Origin: Microthrixaceae bacterium
GTDB taxonomy: Bacteria > Actinomycetota > Acidimicrobiia > Acidimicrobiales > Microtrichaceae
Length of the DNA: 64,000 nucleotides
Direction of reading: 5' to 3'
Assembly (NCBI GenBank): GCA_041394405.1
Contig: JAWKIF010000016.1
Coordinates: 1,202-65,201, forward strand
Both the position numbers and the translations under genes were made by a program. Below the pieces are notes generated by a model. The model ran no database searches. It was given only the letters and a program-made list of their open reading frames with translations, and was not told where the DNA came from. Positions within the stretch are counted from its first letter, which is position 1. The number at the start of each line of letters is the position of its first letter. This document shows positions 45,635 through 55,468 of the stretch, one piece after another.

Positions 45635-46642
45635 ATGGCCGGCATCATCGGTGAGGGCCAGCAGCTGCGAGGCATTCAGCTGCCCATCCAGTCCAAGAGC
45701 CCCACCTTCGTGCAGCCGTGGGAGAAGGACGCCACCGCCGCTGATCTGGGTCGCATCGCCCGCGCTGCCGACGAATCCCGCCTGGGCTACGTGGCGGTGT
45801 GCGATCACGTGGCCGTGCCCGCGGCGGCGAACATGTCGTCGGTCTGGTACGACACGGTGGCGACGCTGGGCTGGCTGGCCGGCCAGTGCCCCAACGTCTG
45901 GTTGCTCAGCCACGTCTACGTCGTGGGCTACCGCCATCCGCTCCAGAGCGCCAAGAGCTTCGCCACGCTGGACGCCCTCAGCGGCGGTCGGGTGATCATG
46001 GGGGTGGGCGCCGGGCACCTCGAGGGCGAGTTCCGGGCGCTCGGGGCCGACTTCGGCGGCCGGGGCGCTGCGCTGGAGGAGGCCATCGCGGCCATCCGGT
46101 CGGTGTTCGCCAGCGACCCGGCGGGCCCGGACGAACCCGTGGACGCCGCCGCCGCCGTCACCCTCGACGGCGAGCGCTGGGCGGCCCCCGACGTGCGGGT
46201 GGCGCCCCGCCCGGCCCGACCCGGCGGCCCGCCCATCTGGGTGGGCGGATCGTCCCCGGCCGCCATCAGGCGGGCGGCGCAACTGGGCGACGGCTGGCTG
46301 CCCCAAGGGCCGCCGAAGGACGGCCTGCGCCCCGGCCTGGAACGCCTTCGACGCCTCCGGGACGAGGCCGGCCTGGCGGACGTGGCATTCGATGTGGGCG
46401 TCAACTGCGAGCCGATCCGCCTGGGCACCCCGATGGACGGCCAGCCATCGTTCGTCCTGGGTGGCCCACCCGACCGTGTGGCCGAACGCCTGGCCCGCTA
46501 CGAGCGCTACGGCATCAACCAGCTGCAGCTCAGCTTTCTCGCCACCTCCGTGGAGGACTACTGCGACCAGCTCGCCCGCTTCGGCGCCGACGTGGCCCCC
46601 CTGTTGCCCCCCCAACCAGCGACCATTCCAGAACCGGAGTAA
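45635..46642 (+). CDS. LLM-class (luciferase-like) F420-dependent oxidoreductase
   Basis: ORF 45635-46642. TIM-barrel LLM pattern (...DHVAVP..., ATLDALSGGRVIMGVGAGHLEGEF). Confidence 0.75.
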   Translation: MAGIIGEGQQLRGIQLPIQSKSPTFVQPWEKDATAADLGRIARAADESRLGYVAVCDHVAVPAAANMSSVWYDTVATLGWLAGQCPNVWLLSHVYVVGYRHPLQSAKSFATLDALSGGRVIMGVGAGHLEGEFRALGADFGGRGAALEEAIAAIRSVFASDPAGPDEPVDAAAAVTLDGERWAAPDVRVAPRPARPGGPPIWVGGSSPAAIRRAAQLGDGWLPQGPPKDGLRPGLERLRRLRDEAGLADVAFDVGVNCEPIRLGTPMDGQPSFVLGGPPDRVAERLARYERYGINQLQLSFLATSVEDYCDQLARFGADVAPLLPPQPATIPEPE

Positions 46643-46647
46643 CCCCG

Positions 46648-48147
46648 ATGTCAGATCAACCCACGCAGCCCGATCAACCGACGGTGAACCCCGACGCCCA
46701 GTGGAACCTCGTGATCGGCGACACGAACCCCGCGGGTGGGGCCGGCACCTACGACGTGATCAATCCCGCCACTGAGGCCGTGGTCGGGCGTGCGCCCGAA
46801 GCCACCGTGGCCCAGGCCGCCGATGCCGCGGCCGCAGCTGCGAAGGCGTTCGACGCCTGGTCGCGCACCGCGCCGGAGCACCGCTGCGAGCTGCTGTACC
46901 GGGCGGCCGAGCTGATCGACGCCCACGCGGACGAGCTGGTGCCGCTGGTGCAGGCCGAGACCGGCGCCACTATGCGGGTCACCAAGTCCATGCAGGTGCC
47001 CCAGGCCGCCGCACGCTTCCGTCGCTACGCGGAGGGGGCCAAGGAGTCGCCGGTGATCCCCCTGCCGCCCCAGAGCGTGCCCTCCACCGCACTTGCCCCG
47101 GGCGGAGTGATCTCGGCCATCGGCAACCGGGCCCCGGTGGGCGTGGTCACCGCCATCTCGTCGTACAACTTCCCGGTCGTGAACATGGCGGGCAAGGTGG
47201 CCCCGGCTCTGGCCATGGGCAACACGGTCATCATGAAGCCGGCGCCCCAGGACCCGTTGGGGGTGATTCGGCTGGCGGAACTGCTCGTGGAGGCCGGGTT
47301 TCCGCCGGGCGTCGTGAACTGCGTCGTCAGCCAAGACGTGGCGCCGTCGGAGGTGCTGACCACCGACCCGAATGTGGACATGGTGAGCTTCACCGGGTCG
47401 ACAGCGGTTGGTCAGCGCATCGGCGAGGTGGCGGGCTCCCGCATGAAGCGCCTGCTGCTGGAACTGGGCGGCAAGGGGGCGTGCATCGTGTTGGACGATG
47501 CCGATCTGGGCGCCGCCATCGGCGGCATCGCCTCGGTATGGGGGTTCCATTCCGGCCAGATCTGTACCAGTCCCACCCGGGTGATCGCCCAGCGGGGCGT
47601 CTACGACGCCCTCGTCGCCGGGCTCACCAAGGCGGCCGGGCGCATGCCGGTTGGTGACCCGCTGGACCGCGGCACGGTGGTGGGGCCGGTGATCTCGGCG
47701 GCCCACCGCGAGCGGGTCGAGGGCTACGTCGCCGCAGGGCGCAGCGAGGGCGCCACGGTGGCGGTCGGCGGTGAGCGCCCCGACATGGAGCGCGGCTTCT
47801 ACGTGGCTCCGACGCTGCTGGCCGACGCCACCAACCAGATGACGCCGGTGCGGGAGGAGATCTTCGGCCCGGTGGTGGCGGTGGTGCCGGTGGACGACGC
47901 CGAGGAGGCCGTGGCGGTGGCCAACGACAGCGACTACGGCCTGTACAGCTACGTGTTCACCGGCGATTCTGCGGTGGCACTGGACCTGGCCAAGCGCCTG
48001 CGCTCGGGCAACGTGGGCCTCAACACGCTGCAGCGCAACCATGAGGCGCCCTTCGGGGGCTTCAAGCAGTCGGGCGTGGGGCGCGACGGCGGCTCGTTCG
48101 GGCTGCATGCCTACAGCGAGCTGCAGAGCATCGTCTGGTCGAGCTGA
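46648..48147 (+). CDS. NAD(P)-dependent aldehyde dehydrogenase
   Basis: 3' part of ORF 45799-48147 from ATG 46648. ELGGKG motif and catalytic Cys context FHSGQICTSPTR. Confidence 0.9.
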   Translation: MSDQPTQPDQPTVNPDAQWNLVIGDTNPAGGAGTYDVINPATEAVVGRAPEATVAQAADAAAAAAKAFDAWSRTAPEHRCELLYRAAELIDAHADELVPLVQAETGATMRVTKSMQVPQAAARFRRYAEGAKESPVIPLPPQSVPSTALAPGGVISAIGNRAPVGVVTAISSYNFPVVNMAGKVAPALAMGNTVIMKPAPQDPLGVIRLAELLVEAGFPPGVVNCVVSQDVAPSEVLTTDPNVDMVSFTGSTAVGQRIGEVAGSRMKRLLLELGGKGACIVLDDADLGAAIGGIASVWGFHSGQICTSPTRVIAQRGVYDALVAGLTKAAGRMPVGDPLDRGTVVGPVISAAHRERVEGYVAAGRSEGATVAVGGERPDMERGFYVAPTLLADATNQMTPVREEIFGPVVAVVPVDDAEEAVAVANDSDYGLYSYVFTGDSAVALDLAKRLRSGNVGLNTLQRNHEAPFGGFKQSGVGRDGGSFGLHAYSELQSIVWSS

Positions 48148-48159
48148 GGCGGCCCATCC

Positions 48160-49497
48160 TCAGCGGGTCGCCGCCGGGGTCGGCGTCGTTGTCTCGGTGG
48201 TCGAGTGGCCGAGCGCTCGCACCAGCCCGGCCAGCACGGCCACGGCGACGGCGGCGGTTGCCGCGGGTTGTAGCCCCTCGATCACCAGATAGGCGACGGC
48301 GCCCGTCCCGAGCGCAACACCGAAGGCGGCTGCCCAGGTGGCAACACCCTCGAACCTCGGCGCCTGAAGCGAGCGCAGTTCCACCGGGGCGGCACGGCGG
48401 AGGATGGGCGCCAGGAACATCGCCAGTGCGCCGAACCACAGCGGCCGGGTGGCCCACCACAGCGCCGAGCCAGGGGTGGGCTGGGCGACGCCCAGCGTTG
48501 CGCCCACGGCGAACACACACACTCCCAGCGCCATGGCGGTCAGGTGCCACAGGTATAGCGACATGCCCGTGGCGCCGACGCGGGCCACGAGCTGCCAGTG
48601 CCGCTGCTGCTGCAACGCCCGACCCAGCCGATCCCAGCCCGCCAGGATGAGGCCCAGCTGAGCAGTGCCGAGGCCCACGAGGGCCACGGTCGGGGGTGCC
48701 ATGTTGGACACCTGGCCGCCGACCCCCACCATGGAGGTGTTGTAGGGCCCGACGGTGACCAGCAAGGCCAGCGCTAGGTAGCCGCCACCGGCGAGCATCC
48801 ACCAGCGGTGCCGGTGCTCCACCAGCAACCGCCAGCTCATGCCCAGCTGCGCGAGCGCCACCCACACGAAGACGAAGTTCAGCGCCGCCAGCGGTGCGTC
48901 CCCGTGGCCGAATCGGGTGACGTCGATTGCCACCGCAGCGGCCGCCCACAGGGCCGTCGCCCCAAGCCCGAAACGGGTGTGCAGGCGCACCAGCAGCGGG
49001 GTCAGCGCGGTGACCACCAGGTACACGCCCAGGAACCACAACGGCTTGGTCACCAGCCGGTGGCCGGCGTGGATGAGCCTGTGCTCCAGGAAGGGCTGCG
49101 CCGCCACCACGATGATCAGCCACGCCGCCGCCATGGGCAGCGCCGGGGCCAACAGGCGCCGCATGCGGGTGGCCATCCAGTCGGCCCAGCGGCCGCCGGC
49201 GGCAGCGGTTCGCTGCCACGAGACGAGGTTGGCGAACCCGCCGACGATGAAGAACAGCGGCATCACCTGCAACACCCAGGTGAGCCACTGGGTCCACGGC
49301 CGGAGCTCCAGCATGTTGTCGATCTGCAGTCGGTAGGCGCCCGAGCCGGTGGCCTCGGTGCCGATGCCCGCCATCAGCCAGTGCCCCGCAACAACGACGA
49401 CGATGCAACCGGCCCGCACGGCGTCCACCACTCGGTCTCGTTCGCAAGGCTGCGGGCCGTCGGCGGCGAGGAGGGGCTGCGTTGGGTGGGAGTTCAT
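48160..49497 (-). CDS. Acyltransferase-3 family membrane protein
   Basis: ORF 48160-49575. ATG 49497 preceded by GAAGGA. RDRVVDAVRAGCIVVVVAGHW and ~10 TM helices. Confidence 0.75.
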   Translation of the reverse strand: MNSHPTQPLLAADGPQPCERDRVVDAVRAGCIVVVVAGHWLMAGIGTEATGSGAYRLQIDNMLELRPWTQWLTWVLQVMPLFFIVGGFANLVSWQRTAAAGGRWADWMATRMRRLLAPALPMAAAWLIIVVAAQPFLEHRLIHAGHRLVTKPLWFLGVYLVVTALTPLLVRLHTRFGLGATALWAAAAVAIDVTRFGHGDAPLAALNFVFVWVALAQLGMSWRLLVEHRHRWWMLAGGGYLALALLVTVGPYNTSMVGVGGQVSNMAPPTVALVGLGTAQLGLILAGWDRLGRALQQQRHWQLVARVGATGMSLYLWHLTAMALGVCVFAVGATLGVAQPTPGSALWWATRPLWFGALAMFLAPILRRAAPVELRSLQAPRFEGVATWAAAFGVALGTGAVAYLVIEGLQPAATAAVAVAVLAGLVRALGHSTTETTTPTPAATR

Positions 49498-49579
49498 GGG
49501 TGCATCCTTCATCCGGCCGGCCGCGCTGTCCCTCGGTGGAATCCACCACTGTGCGCTGGGGGACCCCCAGGCCAACGGC

Positions 49580-50527
49580 TCAGGGTGCCTGGGCGGTCAC
49601 CAGGTGGACCCTCGCCCCGAAACGTACGCCCCGGCCGTCGTGGTGGGGTGCCAATGCCTCGCTGAGCGCCACCTGGGCAGGGGCGGCGAGGTGTGGGTGG
49701 CGGCTCAGAACGGAGCGCAGGACGGAACCGGTCAGCAGGAACGCGACCACGTCGTCGACCGTTCCAGGGCCGCCGACGTACAACTCCGAGTTGAGGGTCC
49801 GGCTGGCGGCCTCCTCCCAACCGGCCCTTCCAAGCAGCTCCTCGGCGCGGCCCGGGGGGGCCATCGAGAAGGGTCCAGGTGCATCTGGGGGCACCGGCTC
49901 CGGCAGATCGGTGACCGGTTCCAGCAGCTGGTCCAGCGCCTCCTGGGGTGAGGTGAACCACGGATTGTGCTCCAGCGCCGCCCAACACACGAAGCCCATG
50001 CGGGCGCCCGGGGCGGCGCCAGCGAGCAGGTTGGCGAAGGCGGCTGCGGGGTCGGCGAAGAACATCACGCCGAATCGGCTGCACACCACGTCGAAGGCCC
50101 TGCCGTCGTTCAGACGGCGCAGGTTGGCCACCTGGGCGTCCGCCACCTCAAAGCGCAGCCCCGACGTGGGTGGTGCGCCGGCCCGGGCCGCCTTCACCAT
50201 GGTGGGGGAGAGGTCGAGGCCCACGGCGCCGCCGTGGCCGAGGGGGCGGGCCATGGCGCGCGTGGTGAATCCCGTGCCGCAGCCCACGTCCAGCACGGCC
50301 TCGGCGCCCGACGGTTCCAGCTCCGCCACCAGGGCCTCGGTGTAGGGGCCCAGCTGGGCGTCGTAGGCCTCGTGGCGCTCCACCCAGGCAGCGCCCCGTT
50401 CACCTGTCCAGAACTGGGCCATCGCCTCGTTGCCGGGGTCGATCGTCGACGGTGCTGCCGGGGCGGTCACGGCGCCAAGTACATCACGTCGGCTGGTCGG
50501 TTGCGGGGCTCGTCTGGGTCGGGTCAC
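49580..50527 (-). CDS. Class I SAM-dependent methyltransferase
   Basis: ORF 49580-50527. Motif I VLDVGCGTGFTT. Start could be the internal ATG (MAQFW). Confidence 0.8.
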   Translation of the reverse strand: MTRPRRAPQPTSRRDVLGAVTAPAAPSTIDPGNEAMAQFWTGERGAAWVERHEAYDAQLGPYTEALVAELEPSGAEAVLDVGCGTGFTTRAMARPLGHGGAVGLDLSPTMVKAARAGAPPTSGLRFEVADAQVANLRRLNDGRAFDVVCSRFGVMFFADPAAAFANLLAGAAPGARMGFVCWAALEHNPWFTSPQEALDQLLEPVTDLPEPVPPDAPGPFSMAPPGRAEELLGRAGWEEAASRTLNSELYVGGPGTVDDVVAFLLTGSVLRSVLSRHPHLAAPAQVALSEALAPHHDGRGVRFGARVHLVTAQAP

Positions 50528-50683
50528 CCGCGCGGCCGAGTAGCCTTCGCCGGGCCATGGTGTCGCTCAGCGTCTTAGCGCCCGTCCACAACGTGGAGGG
50601 ATACGTTCGCCAGTGCCTGCATTCGGTGATCGACCAACTGAGTGAGGGCGACGTCCGTCGAGTGACGGCCCGGGAGGCACCAC

Positions 50684-51655
50684 ATGGCTGAGGAGATCCT
50701 CGACGTCGATCTGTTGGCCTTCGAGGCCGGTGAGGGGCGAGCGCGCCGGGCCGTGGTGGACGGCGTCATGCGATCGCTGGAGACGGGGTTCGTCTACACC
50801 ACCCACGACGTGGGGGAGGATCTTCTCGACGAGGCCTACGGCCTGCTGGCCGAGTTCTTCGCACGACCCGAACGCGACAAGGACCGCTTCCGGGCCCCGG
50901 GGACCATGGGGCAGACCGGCTACACGGGTTTGCTGGTCGAGACGGCCGCCGTGTCGGACAGCCCGGATTGGAAGGAGATGTTGAACTGGGGCGAGAACGT
51001 GCCCGAGGGCCATCCCCTGCGTCGGCGCTACCCGCACCGCTACGCCGACCGGGTGTTGCCGGATGCCGTGGTGCCCGGCATCACCGACGTGCTCATGGAG
51101 TTTCACCGGCGCATGGCCGATCTCCAGCGGCGGTTCCTGCGGATCATTGCGCTTGGCCTTGGGGCGGCCGAGGGGTTCTTCGACGAGTTGGTACGCGACG
51201 GTTCCACCCTCACCCGGGCCATTCACTATCCGGCCATGAGCCTGGCTCCCGGGGCCAATCATGTCTGGGCGGGCGAGCACGGCGACATCAACCTCATCAC
51301 CGCCCTACCCCGCGCCACCAACCGGGGCCTGCAGGTGCAGGTGGGGGAGGGCTGGGTCGATGCCGTGCCCCCCGGCGGCCACGCCATCATCAACACCGGC
51401 ATCATGTTGGAGCGGCTCTCCAACGGGCGCGTCCCCGTGGGATGGCACCGCGTGGTGGCCCACCCCGACGAGCCCGGCGAGCGCTTCTCGGTGGTGCAGT
51501 TCTGCCATCCGACCCCGTGGACGAGCCTGGCACCCCTCCACTCCTGCATCACCCCGGAAACCCCGCAGCGTTACGCGGGCATCGAGGCGGGCGACCTCCT
51601 GGATCAGGTGCTGTGGCAGATCAACCTGGTGGAGGACGGCCGCCGGGTGGAGTAG
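50684..51655 (+). CDS. 2-oxoglutarate/Fe(II)-dependent oxygenase (isopenicillin N synthase family)
   Basis: ORF 50684-51655. HxD...H facial triad context (GEHGDINLITAL ... GWHRVV). Confidence 0.75.
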   Translation: MAEEILDVDLLAFEAGEGRARRAVVDGVMRSLETGFVYTTHDVGEDLLDEAYGLLAEFFARPERDKDRFRAPGTMGQTGYTGLLVETAAVSDSPDWKEMLNWGENVPEGHPLRRRYPHRYADRVLPDAVVPGITDVLMEFHRRMADLQRRFLRIIALGLGAAEGFFDELVRDGSTLTRAIHYPAMSLAPGANHVWAGEHGDINLITALPRATNRGLQVQVGEGWVDAVPPGGHAIINTGIMLERLSNGRVPVGWHRVVAHPDEPGERFSVVQFCHPTPWTSLAPLHSCITPETPQRYAGIEAGDLLDQVLWQINLVEDGRRVE

Positions 51656-51660
51656 CCGTC

Positions 51661-52473
51661 CTACTTGGGGCAGGTCGTGGAGTTGGCGGCGGTCGTGGTT
51701 GCGAGAAAGCCATCGACTGCAGTCCTCGAGGCGGCGCTGAGCGGCGGGACGTGCCCGCCCCCCTGCACCACGTCCCACTCCACCCGCACGCCCTTGGCCG
51801 CCAGCGCGTCCTTGGTGCTCTTGGCCTGGGCGTAGGGCACCCGGGTGTCCTGGCTGCCGTGGTGGAAGTAGACGGGGGCGTCGTCGGCGCTGGCCAGCTG
51901 CGGGATCAGGGCCCCGGCGCGGGAGACCACCCCGCACACACGTGCCGACGGCTGCCCGTCCTTCGGGCCCTCGCCGTTCATGCCCACGGCCAGGCCGATG
52001 ACGGCGCCGGCCGACACGCCCATGATGGCGACCCGCTTGGGGTCGATGCCGGTGCGGGCGGCGTTGCTGCGCGCCCAACGGACGGCTGACTGCGCATCCC
52101 CGGCGGCGTCGAACACCGTGCCGACGGCGTTTGAGTCGATGCTGCCGAAGCCCACGAACTCCTTGCGCAGCCGGTAGTTGATGTTGAGCACGACGAATCC
52201 CTTGCCCGCCAGGTAGCGGGCCTCGCCGTCGGTCTGCGACTTGTCACCTGAGGTGAACCCCCCGCCGTGGGCCAGCACAACTGCGGCGCCGTTGGGCTTG
52301 GTCGGCTGGTGCACGTCCATGTACTGCACCTCGCGGTCCCCCTCGTGGTTCACGGGGATGGCGTAGGCGATGTCGCGGTTGATCGACCCCGGTGCGTAGG
52401 GCTCCGGCGGGGGAGCGCACGTCGGCGCGCACCCGGTGAGCAGAACGAACAAGACCACGGCAATGCGACGCAT
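51661..52473 (-). CDS. Alpha/beta hydrolase (esterase) lipoprotein
   Basis: 3' part of ORF 51661-52779 from ATG 52473. Lipobox LLTGCAP, oxyanion HGGGF, nucleophile elbow GVSAG. Confidence 0.75.
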   Translation of the reverse strand: MRRIAVVLFVLLTGCAPTCAPPPEPYAPGSINRDIAYAIPVNHEGDREVQYMDVHQPTKPNGAAVVLAHGGGFTSGDKSQTDGEARYLAGKGFVVLNINYRLRKEFVGFGSIDSNAVGTVFDAAGDAQSAVRWARSNAARTGIDPKRVAIMGVSAGAVIGLAVGMNGEGPKDGQPSARVCGVVSRAGALIPQLASADDAPVYFHHGSQDTRVPYAQAKSTKDALAAKGVRVEWDVVQGGGHVPPLSAASRTAVDGFLATTTAANSTTCPK

Positions 52474-52511
52474 GGTGTCGACCGTAGCGCCGAGCGCGGT
52501 TTCTTGCCGGG

Positions 52512-53054
52512 CTACGCGTTGGCGGCGCTCGTGTCGCTCGAGATCAGCGTGGCCAGCTGTGCGCCCCAGGCACGGGCGCGCTCGCCCTCGCCGGCCACCA
52601 GATGGTTCTCCTTGTCCACCAGGAAGCTCTCCGGTTCGGCGATCACGTTGAACCCGTGGCGGCGCAGTCGCTTGGCGATGCCCTTCGAGGCTCGCCCGGT
52701 CAGGATCGGCGCCGCATCCACCCGCGTGTCGAACGCAGCGGCCAGCCGGTGGTGGCCCTCCGGCAGGCCGGCCAGCCAATCCCGCAGCCCGTCGTCCTCG
52801 GCGTGGGCGTCCAGGGTCAGGTCGTCGTCCTCGGCAGCGGCCTTGATGGCCGCGTCGCGCGAGGTGGTCGACGTCAGGCTGTGAGCGTGCGTCGGCCCGC
52901 CGACGACCACCAGGGCGGCATTGGCGATGGCGTCCTCCGCGCCGTCCACCGACGACACGATCACCTCAAACGGGGCCCCGAACCCGGCCGCCACCTGGTC
53001 GGCGATGGCGTGGGTGTTCCCGTACATCGACTCGTACACGATGGCTATGTGCAT
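52512..53054 (-). CDS. Flavodoxin-family protein
   Basis: ORF 52512-53054. MHIAIVYESMYGNTHAIA flavodoxin-like N-terminus. GAAGGAG RBS 7 nt upstream of the start. Confidence 0.75.
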   Translation of the reverse strand: MHIAIVYESMYGNTHAIADQVAAGFGAPFEVIVSSVDGAEDAIANAALVVVGGPTHAHSLTSTTSRDAAIKAAAEDDDLTLDAHAEDDGLRDWLAGLPEGHHRLAAAFDTRVDAAPILTGRASKGIAKRLRRHGFNVIAEPESFLVDKENHLVAGEGERARAWGAQLATLISSDTSAANA

Positions 53055-53080
53055 TGCTGGCTCCTTCTCATCGGTAGAAC

Positions 53081-53180
53081 TCTTCAGCTCTTCAGCTCTT
53101 CAGCTCTTCAGCTCTTCAGCTCTTCAGCTCTTCAGCTCTTCAGCTCCTCAGCTCCTCGGCTCCTCGGCTCCTCGGCTCCT
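53081..53180. repeat. 8-bp tandem repeat: TCTTCAGC x8, TCCTCAGC x1, TCCTCGGC x3, plus partial unit
   Basis: Counted directly from the sequence. Units run contiguously from 53081 to 53176 with the partial TCCT at 53177-53180. Lies between the VOC stop (53210) and the flavodoxin start (53054). Confidence 0.95.
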
Positions 53181-53209
53181 GGTTCAACCGCTGTCGACTC
53201 GCGGCACGG

Positions 53210-53968
53210 TCAGACAAGGGGGCTCAGCAGCCCGAAGACGGCCCCCGCAGGGTCGGTGGCCACGGCGAACCGCATGCCCTCGACCTCCATGGTGGGTGCG
53301 ACGATCGCACCGCCGAGGTCGGTGGTGGCCTGGCAGGCCTGGTCGACGTCGGCCACCTTGAAGTAGACGAGCCAGTAGCTGGGCACCATCTCGGGCACCT
53401 CAGCGGGCATCGCCATCAGGCCACCAACCTGGTCCCCGTTCCTGCCGAACACGCGGTAGCCGTCGGCGTCGCCCGTGGTGGTCCAGCCGAACACCGTCTC
53501 GTAGAAGGTCTTGCTGGCCTCGGGGTCGCGGCTGTCGGTCTCCACCCAACACACGGTTCCCAGCTCCCCGTAGGCCAGTGGTTCGCCCGCAGCGGGCTGC
53601 ATCAGGCCCACGGTTGCGCCCGCCGGGTCGGCCACCACGGCGATGCGGTCACCGCCCGGCACCTCCATCGGTGGTTGGAGGGTGGTTGCCCCGGCGGCCT
53701 CGGCCCGCGCGCAGGCGGCCTCGATGTCGTCCGTCGCAAAGAACACCGCCCACATCGGCGGCATGCCCTCGGCGTCCGGCGCCGGGGCCATCATGCCGCC
53801 GACCGGACCGGCGGCCACGCGTCCCACCGTGTAGGTGCCCATCGGAGTGTCGTCGGTCTCAGTGGCCCACCCAAGCAGGGCGCTGTAGAACGCCGCGGCC
53901 GCCGCCGGGTCCGGGGTGGAGAGGTCAACCCACGCGGTCGTTCCTGCCGTTCGGGGCTCGGTCGTCAT
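53210..53968 (-). CDS. VOC (glyoxalase/bleomycin-resistance) family protein, two tandem domains
   Basis: ORF 53210-53968. Duplicated pattern ...FY..(L/V)(L/F)GW....D......Y..........GG(M/L)M... in both halves. Confidence 0.75.
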   Translation of the reverse strand: MTTEPRTAGTTAWVDLSTPDPAAAAAFYSALLGWATETDDTPMGTYTVGRVAAGPVGGMMAPAPDAEGMPPMWAVFFATDDIEAACARAEAAGATTLQPPMEVPGGDRIAVVADPAGATVGLMQPAAGEPLAYGELGTVCWVETDSRDPEASKTFYETVFGWTTTGDADGYRVFGRNGDQVGGLMAMPAEVPEMVPSYWLVYFKVADVDQACQATTDLGGAIVAPTMEVEGMRFAVATDPAGAVFGLLSPLV

Positions 53969-54059
53969 GGGCCATCTCCTCAGGTGTCGTCACCTGTGAT
54001 GCTAGGAACGATGTCGCAGCGGAACTAGGTACGAACGTCCCGGCTGGTTGCGATCTGGC

Positions 54060-55379
54060 TCACGCGTCGGCGTCCTCCTCCGGGATGATGCGGCTGGCGC
54101 GGTCGTAGGTGAGATAGTTCCAGGCCCAGTTCACCAAAACGTTGAGGCGGTTGCGGAACCCAACGAGTTGCACCAGGTGCAGCGCCAGCCAGGCCAGCCA
54201 TCCGATGAGGCCCGAGAACCGAAGCCCTCCCGGCAGTTGGGCCACCACGGAGGCCCGCCCGACGGTGGCCATGGTGCCCTTGTCGGTGTAGCTGAACGCC
54301 TCCGTGCCGTGCCCCTCCAGCCGGCTCCGAATCATGTCTGCGGCGTGCTCGCCGGCCTGCATGGCCACCGGTGCCAGCTGCGGCAGCGCCGAGCCTCCGG
54401 GGTCGTTGGCGGCGGCGAAGTCGCCGATGGCGAACACCTCGGGGTGGTCGGCCAGCGAGAGGTCGTCGTTCACCCGAATGCGGCCCCCCGGCCCGGTGTC
54501 CAGCCCCAGCGCAGTTCCGAGTGGGTTGGCGCGCACCCCGGCGGCCCAGATCATGGTGTGGGCGGGCACCTCGACGCGTTCGCCCACGGTTGGCCCGCTG
54601 AGCACCACCGACGCCGGGCGAACCTCGTCCACCGTGGTGCTCAACATCACCTCGACCCGCCGGGCGCTCAGCGTGTCCTTGGCCTTCGCTCCCAGCCTGG
54701 GGTGAAACGGGCCGAGCAGCCGGTCGGTCATTTCCACCAGGATCACCCGGGCTCGGCGGATGTCGAGGCGGGGAAAGTCGTGGGCCAGCACGTGCTCGAA
54801 GAGCTCAACCATGCCTCCCGCCAGCTCCACCCCCGTGGGGCCGCCGCCGGCAATCACCACGGTCAGGAGGCCCTGGTCGATCAGCTCTGGCCGGGCATCG
54901 GCCTCCTCGAACGCCCGCAGCACCTGAGCCCGGATGGCCAACGCATCTCGTAGCGACTTCAGGCCGTGGGCGTGCTCCTCGACGCCGGGCACCCCGAAGG
55001 TGTTGGTGACCGCGCCGGCAGCCAGCACCAGGTGGTCGTAGTGCAACTGGTCGCCGTCGGCCAGGTCGAGGCGCCGCTCGTCCAGGTCGCCCCCGATCAC
55101 CTTGGCCATGCGAACGGTGGCGTTGTTCTGCCGATGAAAGATGCCCCGGGTGGGGTAGGTGACGTCGTCGCCGTCCAGCCCGGCGGTGGCCACCTGGTAG
55201 AGCAGCGGCTGGAACGTGTGGTGGTTGCGGGCGTCCACGACCGTGACGTCCACCGGCACGTCGGCGAGGCTTCGCGCCGCAGCCACTCCACCAAATCCGG
55301 CGCCAACCACCACCACGTGGTTGCGGCGGTGGCCGGGATTGGCCGGCGCCGTGGGCACGGTGCTTGGGGTCGCGTTCAC
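54060..55379 (-). CDS. ndh: Type II NADH dehydrogenase (NDH-2) / FAD-dependent pyridine nucleotide-disulfide oxidoreductase
   Basis: ORF 54060-55379. VVVVGAGFGGV...HHTFQPLLYQVATAGL and a second Rossmann motif VVIAGGGPTGVELAG. Confidence 0.85.
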   Translation of the reverse strand: MNATPSTVPTAPANPGHRRNHVVVVGAGFGGVAAARSLADVPVDVTVVDARNHHTFQPLLYQVATAGLDGDDVTYPTRGIFHRQNNATVRMAKVIGGDLDERRLDLADGDQLHYDHLVLAAGAVTNTFGVPGVEEHAHGLKSLRDALAIRAQVLRAFEEADARPELIDQGLLTVVIAGGGPTGVELAGGMVELFEHVLAHDFPRLDIRRARVILVEMTDRLLGPFHPRLGAKAKDTLSARRVEVMLSTTVDEVRPASVVLSGPTVGERVEVPAHTMIWAAGVRANPLGTALGLDTGPGGRIRVNDDLSLADHPEVFAIGDFAAANDPGGSALPQLAPVAMQAGEHAADMIRSRLEGHGTEAFSYTDKGTMATVGRASVVAQLPGGLRFSGLIGWLAWLALHLVQLVGFRNRLNVLVNWAWNYLTYDRASRIIPEEDADA

Positions 55380-55468
55380 CTTGGGGAACCTATGACCCGC
55401 ACGGCACCGGTGCCGAAGCGGTTGCCTCGACCCCGCCGAGCGCGGCGGTCCCTACACTCGGCCGGACA

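Noticed and set aside
45799-46647. 5' part of the 782-aa ORF 45799-48147
   Set aside because: It is an out-of-frame overlap with the LLM oxidoreductase and is Arg/Gly/Pro-rich. The aldehyde dehydrogenase begins at ATG 46648.
53081-53180. Possible CRISPR array
   Set aside because: The units are 8 bp and directly abutting, with no spacers and no cas genes. It is a simple tandem repeat.
52602-53366. 254-aa plus-strand ORF containing LQLFSSSALQLFSSSA repeats
   Set aside because: The peptide repeat is only the 8-bp DNA repeat read through all three frames. The rest is antisense to the flavodoxin and VOC genes.
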